From contig NC_090406.1 of assembly GCF_036365525.1 (NCBI RefSeq), positions 33,524,623 to 33,588,622 of the forward strand: a stretch of 64,000 bases of DNA. Reading direction: 5' to 3'. The notes beneath the pieces were generated by a model that worked only from the letters and a program-made list of their open reading frames with translations, was not told where the DNA came from and ran no database searches. This DNA is from Heterodontus francisci (Eukaryota). A program made the position numbers and the translations under genes. Shown here piece by piece: positions 12,151 through 24,907 of this stretch. How positions within the stretch are numbered: the first letter of the stretch is position 1; every line of letters begins with the position of its first letter.

Positions 12151-14171
12151 AAAAGTCCCAAACTCCTCCCAGTTGCAATGGGTTGGATCTCCCAGTCTTT
12201 AACAAAGCCAATGTCCTTTTCACTCACTTCTTCCGAGCACACGCGACTGGTCTTCTGTTAATAAGACGATTTCTAATGACTCTGTTGATCTTTTCTCCTC
12301 TGCAAACCTCAACTTTCAAATCGTGTTCAAGTCTTAGCAGCTTTTTGCTGTATCTGTGATCTGAAAGCAGTGGTTTTCTCCCTCTGTCTCTTCTGAGGCT
12401 GCCAGTGCTGGTCATTTGTTTCTTCCTTTCTTCCTTACGGTCTGTCAGACTTAGGAAAGCCTGTTGAATTTATCCAGAATCAAAAGTCAATAGTCATTTG
12501 CCTTTTATAATATTCAAAGTCCATAAGTCTGGCCATAGCAAAACTATCCGGGCCTTCTTTAGTTTCCAGGTGTTAGCAATTGCAACTTGAATTTGCATTT
12601 TCAGAGCCCCTTGCTCCTTACTTACCATCTGAGAGTCTGGGTGAGTGAAACCTATTGTCCTTCATACGAGCATATGAATTAGGAGCAGAGGCAGGCCATT
12701 CGGCCCCTCGAGCCTGCTCCGCAATTCAATAAGATCATGGACGATCTGCTTGTGTCTCTAATTCCACACTCCCATCTACCCCTGATAACCTTTGATTCCC
12801 TTGCCTAGCAAGAATCTATCTACCTCCACCTTAAAAATATTCAATGTCCCCACCTCCACCACCTTCTGAGGCAGAGAGTTCCAAAGTCGCACAGCCCTCT
12901 GCGAGAAAACATTTCTCTTCATCTCTATCCTAAAAGGGTGACCCCTAGTTTTAAAACAGTGCCCCCTAGTTCTGGACTCACCCACAAGAGGAACCATCCT
13001 CTCCACATCCACCTTGTCAAGACCTTTCAGGATCTTAGAAACTTCAATCAAGTCTCCTCTCACTCTTCTAAACTCCAGTGAAAACAAGCCCATTCTGTCC
13101 AACCTTTCCTCATAAGACAACCCGCTCATTCCAGGTATCAATCTAGTAAACCTCTTCTGAACCACCTCCAACACATTTACATCCTTCCCTAAATAAGGAG
13201 ACCAAAACTGCACATAGTATTCGAAATGTGGTCTCACCAATGCCCTGTATAACTGAAGCATAACATCCTTAGTTTTATTTTCAATTCCTCTCGTAATAAA
13301 GGATAGCATTCCATTAGCCTTCTTTATGACTTGCTGTACCTGCATACTAACTTGTTGTGATACATGCACTAGAACACCTAGATCCCTCTGCACCTCGGAA
13401 TTCTGCTGTCGTTCTCCGTTTAAGTAATACTCTGCTTTTTTATTCTTCCTGCCAAAGTGAACAACTTCACATTTTCCCACATTATACTCCATCTGCCAGA
13501 TTTTGTCCACTCACTCAACCTATCTGCAACCTCATTAAGTCCTCTTCACAACATACTTTCCTACCTATCTTTGTGTCATCTGCAAATTTAGCTACCAGGC
13601 CATTGCTCCCCTCATCTAAGTCTTTGATATAAATTGTAAAAAGTTGAGGTCCCAGCACAGACCCCTGCAGAACTCCACTCATCACATCCTGCCAATCAGA
13701 AAAGGACCTATTTATGCATACTCTCTGTTTTCTGCCAGCGAGCCAATCTTCTATTCATGCTAATATGTTACCCTCTATACCATGAGCTCCTACTTTGTGC
13801 AATAATCTTTTATGTGGTACCTTGTCAAATGCCTTCTGGAAATCCAAGTACAGTACATCAACGGACACCCCCCCCCCCACCCCACCTTTTTCCATAGCAC
13901 ATTACTCCTTCAAAGAACTTAAACATGATTTCCCTTTCACAAAGAACTCCAATAAATTGGTTTAACATGATTTCCCTTTCACAAAGCCATGCTGACTATT
14001 CCTGATTACCTTGAGTTTTTCTAAGCGCCCAGCTATAGCCTCCTTAATGATCGATACTAACATTTTCCCCACGACAGACATCAAGCTAACTGTTTCCTTT
14101 CGCCCCGCATTGCCCTCCCCACTCCCACTTCTTGAATCGAGGGGTTATATTTGCTACTTTTCAGTCTGATG

Positions 14172-15610
14172 GAACAAAGAACAGTACAGCACAGGAACAG
14201 GCCATTCGGCCCTCCAAGCCTGCGCCGATCTTGATGCCTGTCTAAAATAAAATCTTCTGCACTTCCGGGGACCGTATCCCTCTATTCCCATCCTATTCAT
14301 GTATTTGTCAAGATGCCTCTTAAATGTCGCTTTCGTACCTGCTTCCACTACCTCCCCCAGCAGCAAGTTCCAGGCACTCACCATCCTCTGTGTAAAGAAC
14401 TTGCCTCGCACATCCCCTCTAAACTTTGCCCCTCGCACCTTAAACCTATGTCCCCTAGTAAGTGACTCTTCCACCCTGGGAAAAAGCTTCAGTCTATCCA
14501 CTCTGTCCATGCCACTCATAACTTTGTAAACCTCTATCATGTCGCCCCTCCACCTCCGTCGTTCCAGTGAAAACAATCTGAGTTTATCCAACCTCTCCTC
14601 ATAGCTAATGCCCTCCAGACCAGGCAACATCCTGGTAAACCTCTTCTGTACCCTCTCCAAAGCCTCCACGTCCTTCTGGTAGTGTGGCGACCAGAATTGC
14701 ACGCAATATTCTAAGTGTGGCCTAACTAAAGTACTGTACAGCTACAGCATGACTTGCCAATTTTTATACTCTATGCCCCGACCGATGAAGGCGAGCATGC
14801 CGTATGCCTTCTTGACTACCTTATCCACATGTGTTGCCACTTTCAGTGACCTGTGGACCTGTACGCCCAGATCTCTCTGCCTGTCAATACTCCTAAGGGT
14901 TCTGCCATTTACTGTATACCTCCCACCTGTATTAGATCTTCCAAAATGCATTACCTCACATTTGTCCGGATTAAACTCCATCTGCCATTTCTCTGCCCAA
15001 GTCTCCAACCGATCTATATCCTGCTGTATCCTCTGACAATCCTCATCATTATCCGCAACTCCACCAACCTTTGTGTCGTCTGCAAACTTACTAATCAGAC
15101 CAGCTACATTTTCCTCCAAATCATTTATATATACTACAAACAGCAAAGGTCCCAGCACTGATCCCTGCGGAACACCACTAGTCACAGCCCTCCATTCAGA
15201 AAAGCACCCTTCCACTGCTACCCTCTGTCTTCTATGACCGAGCCAGTTCTGTATCCATCTTGCCAGCTCACCTCTGATCCCGTGTGACTTCACCTTTTGT
15301 ACCAATCTGCCATGAGGGACCTTGTCAAAGGCTTTACTGAAGTCCATATAGACAACATCCACTGCCCTTCCTTCATCAATCATCTTCGTCACTTCCTCAA
15401 AAAACTCAATCAAGTTAGTGAGACACGACCTCCCCTTCACAAAACCATGCTGCCTCTCACTAATAAATTCATTTGTTTCCAAATGGGAGTAAATCCTATC
15501 CCGAAGAATCCTCTCTAATAATTTCCCTACCACTGAGGTAAGGCTCACCGGCCTATAATTTCCTGGATTATCCTTGCTACCCTTCTTAAACAAAGGAACA
15601 ACATTGGCTA
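14172..15610 (-). mobile_element. Younger CR1 LINE, 5'-truncated, nested in the host CR1
   Basis: Nearly intact RT (IANVVPLFKKG..QHGF..DFSKAFDKVPH..GVPQGSVLGP..FADD) with one stop near 14742. It has its own 3' tail GAACAAAGAACAGTACAGCACAGG at 14172. Confidence 0.9.
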
Positions 15611-15968
15611 TTCCAGAATCTAGCGAATTTTGAAAAATTAACACCAACGCATCTACTACCTCATTAGCCACCTCTTTTAAGACTCTAGGATGAAGTCCAT
15701 CAGGACCCGGGGACTTGTCATCCCGCAGCTCCATCAGTTTGGTCAGTACCGCTTCCCTGGTGATTGTGATTTCACCAGGTTCCTCTCTTCCTTGCACCTC
15801 CTGATTTACTGCTGTTGCTGGAATGTTTTTTATATCCTCTACAGTGAAGGCAGAAGCAAAATATTGGTTCATTTCATCCGCCATTTCCTTATTATCTACT
15901 ATTAATGCTCCATTCTCACTCTCTAGAGGACCAACACTCACTTTACTTATTCTTTTCCTTTCTAAATA

Positions 15969-16355
15969 CTTTTTTCCCCAAGAATATACTTTATTCATAA
16001 AAATCTGTAAAAAAAAAATGCATTACAACACAGTTCAAAACAGCACCAAGTTGACATTCCAAAAAGTGCAAAGGAAATCAGTTTTCTTCAATACAGGAGT
16101 GAGTTGCCTCACAACCCTTCCACTCCATTTTACATGCCATGTACATTTTACAGCAAACCCATATTTGGTGTATACAGCCCGAGGGGTTTCCCATGGGTCC
16201 AGCCCCTCAGTTCACTATGGCAGGAGGACCTTACACTGTGGTCTTTCCCCATTGAGCCTTTGCAGCGGCTGCCCGAAGCTTTAGTGCGTCCCTCAGCACG
16301 TAGTCCTGGACCTTGGAATGTGCCAGTCTGCAACACTTGTTCGTGGACAACTCTT
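15969..16355 (-). mobile_element. Tx1/L1-clade LINE 3' fragment
   Basis: Minus strand reads CCRLAHSKVQDYVLRDALKLRAAAAKAQWGKTTV*, which I recall as a Tx1-type ORF2 C-terminus. It is followed by a 3' UTR with AATAAA (TTTATT at 15990) and an A-rich end. Flanks rejoin CR1 AAATAC|CTGTAGAAAC. Confidence 0.7.
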
Positions 16356-16891
16356 TCCTGTAGAAACTTTAGCTATCTGTTTTTACATTTCTAGCCAGCT
16401 TCCTCTCATACTCTAGTTTCTTTTCCCTGATTAACCTTTTAGTCATTCTCTGCCATTCTTTATATTCTGACCAATCATCTGACCTGCCGCTCAACTTTGC
16501 AAAATGATATGCTTTTTCCTTACATTTGATGCTTTCCTTAACTTCTTTAGTTAACCACGGATAGTGGGTCCTCCCCTTAGAATTTTTCTTTATAGTAGGA
16601 ATATCCGTATTCTGAGTATTCTGAAATAACCCCTTAAATGTCTGCCACTGCTTCTCTATTGATCTGTCTCCTATCTTAGTAACCCAGTTCACTTCAGCTA
16701 GCTCAGCTTTCATGCCCACATCATTGCCCTTATTTAAATTTGAAATACTAGTCTTAGACCCACTCTTCTCTCTTTCAAACTGGATGTAAAATTCAATCAT
16801 ATTGTGGTCGTTGATACCTAGAGGTGCCTTTACTCTGAGTTCATTGATTAATCTTGTCATATTACACAATACCAAGTCTAATATAACCAGG

Positions 16892-17080
16892 TGTTACAAC
16901 CTTGAATTCTGCTTTCAAAAGGGTCTTTGATCTGGGTTCCTTGTCGTCATGGTAACAAAAGTCTTGTCTCTCGGCAGCGTTGGTGTGAGGTCACATGTCT
17001 TCTCGGAATCCTTTTCACACTACATTAATAATCATAGTTTTTATAATATAATCATTCTGCAAAGTCCAACGTTCGTAACA
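16892..17080. mobile_element. Short LTR-like remnant with TGTTAC..GTAACA inverted ends
   Basis: Begins TGTTACAAC and ends GTTCGTAACA; same first 10 bp as the LTR at 24908; no TSD. Confidence 0.4.
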
Positions 17081-17084
17081 TTGG

Positions 17085-17305
17085 CAAAAGGAGGAACAGG
17101 ATCTGGAATGCACTTCCTGAGAATGTGGTGGAGACTCAGTCATGACTTTCAAAAGAGAATTGATTAATTATCTGAAGAGAAAAATATTGCAGGGCTACAG
17201 GGAAAAGGCAGGGGAATGGAACTAGCTGAATAGCTCTTACAGAGAACCAACATGGACATGGCGGGCTGAATGGCCTCCTGTGCTGTAACTATTCTGTGAT
17301 TCTAA
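17085..17305 (+). mobile_element. CR1 3' tail fragment
   Basis: ..GGGCTGAATGGCCTCCTGTGCTGTAACTATTCTGTGATTCT. Confidence 0.6.
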
Positions 17306-17764
17306 GATAAGTGGTTCCATTTCCTCAGGCACTGCCCCATACAAGTTCAGAAATGCTATCATCACTATCATCCTCAAAATACCACCCTCGTGCCCTTCAT
17401 CTTTGCTAATTTCTGTCCCATCTCCTTCCTCCCTGCAGCCATCAACATCCATTATCCTCCTCCAATACCTCACCTCCATTGTCCAGCTCGGCAACACTTG
17501 CTTTGTTTGGTTCAATTTTAGCCTATCTGTCATATCCAGAACATCTCCAGCAACAACTTCTCTTCCTGCCATGCTTAAGTGACTATGTTATAAAATTAAC
17601 TATTTATGTTTAATTTTATCATTTACATTTTTTGAAACAAACCATTGAAACATGCTATGTCTCTCATTTACTAAGAAGGGGAGGGATGTCGTGTTGTAGT
17701 GTTTTGAAATTATAATGTGCATTGTGTACTCTAGAGGCTGCTGTAGAACACACATGCTTGCAAA

Positions 17765-17778
17765 GGGAAAGTGAAACC
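17765..17778 (+). promoter_or_regulatory. ISRE/IRF-binding consensus upstream of the paracaspase
   Basis: GGGAAAGTGAAACC fits GAAANNGAAA; it lies in apparently non-repeat DNA about 2.3 kb upstream of the ATG. Confidence 0.35.
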
Positions 17779-18498
17779 AAAACAGAGTAAAAGGAGAAGA
17801 CTTTGTGTTCAGCTGCTGCAGTCTTTGTCTCTCTAACTTTGCCTCATATACTATACCAAACTCAGCTAAACCTCACTCAAGTCCTGAGGAGTTCACAATT
17901 TCTACCTCCAGCTGTCTCAAGGTATGGGATGGGGAAATTTTCTTTAATCTTTTTGGGTGAATCACAGTTGTGTGATGGTGAACGGCCTGTGTACGAGAAC
18001 AGAGGTGATTTCCTGACTCTTATTATGGCTGTATTAACCTTCTTGGATATTGGATAGCCAGCAGACTCCACACCTTATTAATTTTCCTCCTCTTTCCCCA
18101 GAGTTATCGGTCAGTGGGTAAATGTTGTGCTAAATTCAGTGCTGAGCCATACAGACCAGAGGGTGTCAGGCCGAGTTGCCCACTGTGTGCTCAGTTAGAT
18201 GCTTTCAAACAGGGCAACAGTTGAGGTTACTTAACTGGTCTCAACATGTGTGGGTGAGGGATCAAATTCAGCCAGAGTTCCCATTCCTGCTCAATGGGAT
18301 GTTGAGCTGGGCTGTGATGCTTCCTCCACCCACCACCACCAGCATCCTGGATGAGATCAGCTAACTCAACATGGAACAGTGATTGAATCCAAGGCCTGAA
18401 GCTGGATTTCTGAGAGTACAACAGTGACTACACTTCATTGGCTGTAAAGCGCTTTGGCATGTCCTGAGATTGTGAAAGGTGCTAAATAAATGCAGATC

Positions 18499-18873
<375 letters not shown>

Positions 18874-20101
18874 TCAATGACACATCAACAGAGCCATTCC
18901 AATGGTTTGGATATAAAAGCTTCATTGAAGAGCATTTGATTCTGTCTTGCTATGACCTGCTCATCTTGCGGTTCTGCTTTATTGGGAGCAGATTGCTATG
19001 CCGTGTGTGAAGTTGGGGAACATTAGATGGGAAAGCAGAAGTGAGTGTTTTTATATCTGTATCTGGGTTTCACATCTGCAGGTTTGTGTGTGTGTGTGTT
19101 TGCGTGCCTATATACACTTCCCCTTTTTTAAACGAGACCATCTGTGAATCATTTTTTTATTACAGTGACTAGTTGGGAACCTATGAATGATATATGAAGC
19201 AATATGGAGTTGAACCAGCCATAATCCCACATAGGCACCCTCTGAACCAGGATCTCGACAGCTTCCAGACAAGTTAACCAGAGGCAAGTTTTAAAAATCC
19301 CTTCAAAGTTAGAAAGTGCTAGAAATATGCAGCTGGTCTAAAAAAAAAACACCCAGGTTTTCGGTGGAGGTCTGAAAGATTCTGATGTGTAATTGTAGTA
19401 TTTTATATTATTTTGGAATTTGAAGTTTTTCTAATTTTCTGACATTGTTTAACATATTTCTGTTAGTCATTTTCAGAACACTTGCCTGTTAAATTTGGAA
19501 TGGAATGCTGTTTAATAATATACGTACAATTCTCATTGCTTAGGACTGACACGTTCCTTGTTTTCAATGGTTCATTTATATTTTTTGCAGTTTTGTTGTA
19601 TAGAAGAATGTAGGTCATTACCTAAAGAATTTGTCAGGACTCTCAGAATCATTAAATTACAGCCCATCCGGACTGTGGTAGTGTTAACTCTTCAACTGTA
19701 ATCCCATTTCTCTCCCCTTTCCCCATATCATTTTATATTATTCCTTTGTGAATGCATATCCTATTACCTTTTACATGATCTTAGCCTCTGCATGAATAAA
19801 CAGTCATGACAAAGCATTTCAGATTCTAATTACACTCTGTGTGGAAATGTAATTCTTCGAATTTCACCTTTCATTCTAACAATAGTGGTCCGTTCCGCCA
19901 ACCTATAGAAACAATCTTTCCCTGTTCACTCTTTCGTAGTTTGAACTAGATCCCAGTTATAGAACAGATTGTAACTGCTCAGGCCATGCTTCAAGTTTCT
20001 TTCTCTCTCCCTTGCCTACTTTTCTGCATGGTGACACAGCTATCTTTGCAATGCACTTCTAGCAATACTCGCCAGCCTCTTGAGAAGTTGAAGGAGAAAC
20101 C

Positions 20102-20241
20102 ATGGACCACTGGAGTTTGCCATTAAATAGTCTTGGGGAAGTAACACTGAGGAGACTCAGCACATTACTAGACAACTGCACCAAGAAGGGATGGAGGAAA
20201 CTGGCTGAAGTTCTTGGCACAGACAGACGGTTTAAGTGCAG
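20102..20241 (+). CDS. malt3: Paracaspase coding exon 1 (death domain N-half)
   Basis: Strong Kozak ACCATGG; MDHWSLPLNSLGEVTLRRLSTLLDNCTKKGWRKLAEVLGTDRRFKC; donor AG|GTAAGC. Confidence 0.88.
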
Positions 20242-20724
20242 GTAAGCATACATTTAACTTTCCCACCACAGGACTGTTAGAAACAGTGACACAAAACCCC
20301 CATTTTAGCATATTTTACAAACTAGTGTTTTCTCCCGAAGGTGTGGACCCTCAGTGGGAAATGGGCTTCATAGGTACCAGCCACATTCTGGCACCTTACC
20401 TAAAGTAGCCATTTTTCATCTGTGAACCAGATCATGAATTAACAGGTTATTTGACCGTGGGAGGCAACACAACCAAGTCCCATCTTTCTCTGTCCAACAT
20501 AAAGGAACTTCCTAGCAAAGATGGCTTGAGCGTGGTCAGGAATGGGAACCCTGGTTAATTTAAGCCAGGGATATTTAAGGCCAGCTGTAGTCCCCTATCA
20601 CCACCCTGTGCCACAGATTGAGATTGCAGTCACACTGGGTGCCACATTTAGCTATTGAGGATGGCAACACAATTTACTTTAATATTCCCACAATGACTTA
20701 GGGCCTCATTAAAATTCTCTAAGT

Positions 20725-20880
20725 ATCCATCACTCTCTGTGTAATTCACTCCTAGCTACCTACCTACTGCACTCTCTGTGTAACTCACTCCCAGGTATCC
20801 ATTACACTCTGCAACTCACTCTCGGGTATCCCTTACTTTCTGCACAATTCACTCTTAGATATGTGTTATTCTTGGAGTCA
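20725..20880. repeat. Degenerate tandem repeat of about 35-40 bp
   Basis: About 4 copies of ACTCTCTGTGTAA(T/C)TCACTC..GTATCC. Confidence 0.5.
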
Positions 20881-20959
20881 CTTGCTCCCTAATCTCAGTT
20901 ATTCATGGGTACTATGAAAAGTGTCTGACAGATTCAGTCTTTTCATTCTCTGTCCTGGT

Positions 20960-21360
20960 TCAGCTGGTAATCTTCTGACTTTGACCCAGAATGTTGCAGG
21001 TTGAAATCCCACTCCTGGTTATAATCTAGGCTGACAACTCAGTGTAGTACTGGGGGAGTGCCGTATTATCAGAGGTGCCATCCTTCAGATGAGATATGTT
21101 AAATTATGGCCACATCTGTCTGTTCAAGAGGATGTTAAAGATTCACTGGCAATATTTGAGTTTTCCCTGTATCCTAGCCAACATTTCTCCCTCAAGTAAC
21201 ACCACCATGTGTCTCATTGCTGTTTGTAGCTGTTTACAAGATGGCTTCTCTATTTGAACACTTCAGTGACAGTACATCAGAATAATTAATGGTACGAGTG
21301 CATTGGGGTGTGGTGACAGGCGTGACAAGGCACTGTACAAATACAAGTTCCTTCATTCAT
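20960..21360 (+). mobile_element. Deu-domain SINE (SacSINE1/AmnSINE1-like), degraded
   Basis: TAATCTAGGCTGACA..CAGTGTAGTACTG..GAGGTGCC..CAGATGAGA and L2-type tail AAGGCACTGTACAAATACAAGTT; reverse complement of 48750-49145. Confidence 0.65.
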
Positions 21361-22118
21361 CAACTGGACTGAGAATCTCAGTGGTAAACACCAGATGTGC
21401 CTCTGATCTTGTGCTTTTCTCTGCCCCTCTGCGCATCCTGTATGTGAGCAGCAGATCCAGGGAAGAATCCTGTCCACATCAGCACTTCATCCCTGGGTAC
21501 TGATCATACACAGTCAGCTCACCATGTGGCTGCCTCAACAACAACAACCTACATTTACCAAGCACCTTTAACATCCCACAGCACGAAAATAACAGTGTTG
21601 GGTGAAGGGTGCTGACTGAAAGCATGATTGAAGAGGTAGATCTTAAGGCTTTTGAAGGAGTGGAGAGAGGTAACAAGGAGAGGTTATAGGGAAAGGGATC
21701 TAGAGTATGGGCTGATACAACTGAATGGTCTGTCCACCCCACCCACAACTGCCCCTGCCCCCACAAGTGGATCATCAGTATGTTGAAAGAATCAAATCCT
21801 AGGGCACGAACTGAACAATGTGAAAGTTAGAAGTAAGGGAAGTTAAAGTGAACAGTCTAAATAGTGTCGGAGCTGGAGAAAGAAGGCATAGAGGAATTAT
21901 GGTGGGTAGATGGGGCTGAGGAACATGGTGGGAAGGTGGGATTAACCGATATGGTGGGAGGTGGGTAGGTGGGGTTCATATATGGAAAAAGCATGGGTTT
22001 GTTGGGCCTAATGGCTTATTCCTAGCCTAAAAGTTCTCTGGTTGTATTTAGATCATAGAATGTTACAGCATAGGAACAGACCATTTGGCCCATCATTTTT
22101 TTGAAAATCTGTTGACAG

Positions 22119-22285
22119 TGAAAAGGAGTTGGAGACCTGCTCGCTGAAGGTTCTTGAGCCAGATGGAAGCCCAGGCCAATATTATATCCAGTTAATGGCA
22201 GATCGTGGCTGCCCGGTGAGCTATTTAATCAGCTGCCTGCATAAAATGGGACATACAGAGGCTTTGCAGTGCTTGATGTCAACGG
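22119..22285 (+). CDS. malt3: Paracaspase coding exon 2 (death domain C-half)
   Basis: SEKELETCSLKVLEPDGSPGQYYIQLMADRGCPVSYLISCLHKMGHTEALQCLMST (compare MALT1 CSLKVLEPEGSPS); CAG acceptor, GTGAGT donor. Confidence 0.92.
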
Positions 22286-22599
22286 GTGAGTAAGATAATG
22301 GTGATGACTCAGGATCAATCATTTCGAGCAGTGTCTGGGAGCTTAGGGGACAGAATGCTGTAGTTTATTTTTGCCCCACCATTCATTTCAAGAATGTCAA
22401 ACAATGATACCTTGCAGCCTTAAAGGGAAATTCACCTAGCAGAATAATACATTGTACTTAACATTCCTGCGTTATAGAACAATGGATCCTCTGACTTACC
22501 GTGAGCAGCACCACAAGACATTTATTTGTTTATTCTTATAAAATTGGTACATTTAATGCACATTTCATAACAACACTTCTCTGGTGCTTTTCAAGTGTC

Positions 22600-23090
22600 A
22601 TACTCAATGCTGGAAATCTGAAATATAAACAGAAAATACTAGAAATACTCAGCAGGTCAAGCAGCACCAACAGAGAGAGAAACAAATGAAATGTTTCATG
22701 TCTGTGATCTTTTGTCAGAACTGGTAAATGTTTCACAGATGTAACATGTCTTAAGCAGGTACAATGGCAGGAAAATGGGGAGAGGAGGAAAAACAATAGG
22801 GAAGGTCTGTTGTAGAATTTCAGGCAGGACTGATTAAATGAATAGCAGTATCATCAGCACCTGCTGTCCACAAAAAATAGGAGCAGTGGTTATGATCTGA
22901 AATTGTTGGACTTGACATTGAGTTTGCAAGGCTATAAAATGCTGTTCCTTGAGCTTCCATTGAGCTTCATTGGAACAGTGTAGGAGGCCGAGGACAGAGA
23001 GGTCAGAGTGGGAATGGGGTGGAAAATTCAAATGGAAAGCAACTGGAAGCTCATGGTCACACTTGTAGACTGAATGGGGGTGCTGGCAAA
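22600..23090 (-). mobile_element. Penelope-like element fragment
   Basis: Collinear with 787-1170 joined to 2736-2930, without the CR1; decayed hammerhead at about 22688-22722. Confidence 0.7.
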
Positions 23091-24344
23091 CAGTAGGTTT
23101 CCTGCTACTGGGGGTAGAGATTTCAAGGGTGGGGGAGGGGAGGAGTAAAACAAAGTTTGGAGGGTCAGTGTAATGGTGGAGTTCGGAGAGAGATCGGGAC
23201 AGAGATGGGGCTTGGTCGGTGATATGATGCAGGGGGGAGGGGTGCCCAATTGTGGAGACCATAGCGGGTTAGCTTGGAGAGGCAGGGGAAAGCATTCCTG
23301 CTCCTCCTGGCCCACAAGCAGTGCTGGAAAAGCATTTACCCCTTCCATACAGCAGTTCTTGCCTCCCTTTGGTTGCTGTGTTTCCCAAGGCCCAGCAAAC
23401 CCGGCTGCCTGGGGTTAAAGCTGGGAGGGAAATAAAAGCTGAGGCATGCAGCCTCATTAAAATATTTAAATGAGCAACCTGCCTCCTGAGAGCCAATTGG
23501 CCACACATTCCGAGTTCAACCTCCAATAAAACTGGAAGTGGACAGTTCAAGGTGGTTGAGTTTGGGTTTGAGATTTTTAAAAATTTTAACATCCCACCTG
23601 ACCCAAACCCACCCACTTTTGAGGATTACAATTACCTCCTTTATTACAGTAACATCCTAAAGTACTGGGTTCTTTTCACCAGTAGCACAAAATTAACAAG
23701 CATGTTCCCAACCAAACAGCAATTAAACTCTGCATAGCCAAGGGTTCTGTTTACTTCACATCCAAGTGTAGAAATGGATATGGAGCCAAGGCAGGTTGAT
23801 GGAGTTAAGATGCAGCTCAGTCAGGATCTCATTGAATGGCAGAAGAGGCTCGAGGCACTGAATGATCCACTCCTGTTTCTAAGTTAGACTCAAAGGGACA
23901 CAGCTCCATGTTATCAGCAGAAGAATATAACTCTGTCCCTATTTAATAGCACAACTTACCGTGTGTGCCTCTATGGGAGATCAATATTATAAACTGCCTC
24001 TCTTTGGGATCAAGGTGACTCCAAGATGATGCACCTGGTAATGGAAATTTGGAACCAAACCAAACTTTTGTGGCAGGCTTGTTAATTTGATACCTAAACC
24101 TGGCAGGTCTATAGTACCCCAGGGGTCCACAATTAGTGATCAGCCTGGAACTATAGACCTGGGGACTGAGATGCTTCCCACTCACTGCAGATAGCCCTAC
24201 AGGCCAAAGCCCTAATGGGTAGAACTAGGCAGGTATCAGGAAACGTAACAATGGTCTTCTTAGCTGGTTGAACCCCAGCAGTACCCCAGTGCATACCTGG
24301 GATCTCTAAGCCTTGGCTGTGTGGGCCTGTTCCCATTCTCTCTG

Positions 24345-24520
24345 CAGATTATCTGGCCATTATCACATTGTGCTTTGTGGGAGCTTGCTGTGCTCAAATT
24401 GGTTGCTGCGTTTCCTGCATTGCAACAATGACTGCACTTTAAAAATGTACTTCATTCGCTGTGAAGTGCTTTGGAACATCCTGAGGTTGTGAAAGGTTCT
24501 GCATAATTCCAAGGTTTTCT
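24345..24520 (+). mobile_element. Deu-domain SINE 3' fragment
   Basis: CATTATCACATTG..TTTGTGGGAGCTTGCTGTG..AAATTGG.TGCTGCGTTTCC..GTACTTCATT. Confidence 0.7.
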
Positions 24521-24907
24521 TCATATGGTTAAGTGGGGAGAGATGCATGCATCAAGCATCTAGAAAATTCTACCTCAGTAGGTTTCTCAGGAGTCTAGTT
24601 CTGAGACTGACACATGCACTGATGGGTTACTCCATGTATCAGACATGTGGCCGATAAAAGAAAATCATTACTAGTGGCAAAGTAAAGACAGCCAGAGGAA
24701 TTGAAACAGCAGCAAGAATGTTTCCAGAAATATTCTGTAAGCTTTTCCATTGAAAATAGGAATTGAAACTTTGCTGATGGACATCCATTAAACTGTGTAC
24801 TGTACTGTGTAAATAAAGTTAGTCAGGAGATTATAATGTGAGATCAGTTCAAATGGAGGTCTTTAACCCCATTTGATCCCATCCTTCCAGCATACCCGTT
24901 ATATTGT

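Larger units (their letters stand above)
12665..16890 (-). mobile_element. Older CR1 LINE (host copy) interrupted by a younger CR1 (14172-15610) and a Tx1-like fragment (15969-16355)
   Basis: Collinear ORF2 pieces: 16369-16875 (DHNMIEF..LARNVKTDS), 15611-15965 (VGPLES..KSPGPDGLHPRVLKE..FQNSLDSG), 14100-14175 (VPSD*KVANIT) and 12776-13510 (C-terminus). 3' tail at about 12670-12775. Confidence 0.88.

Noticed and set aside
14742-15998. 418-aa RT ORF as an active or domesticated gene
   Set aside because: It is a chimera of Tx1 tail, old CR1 and young CR1 sequence, lacks an endonuclease and ends at a premature stop.
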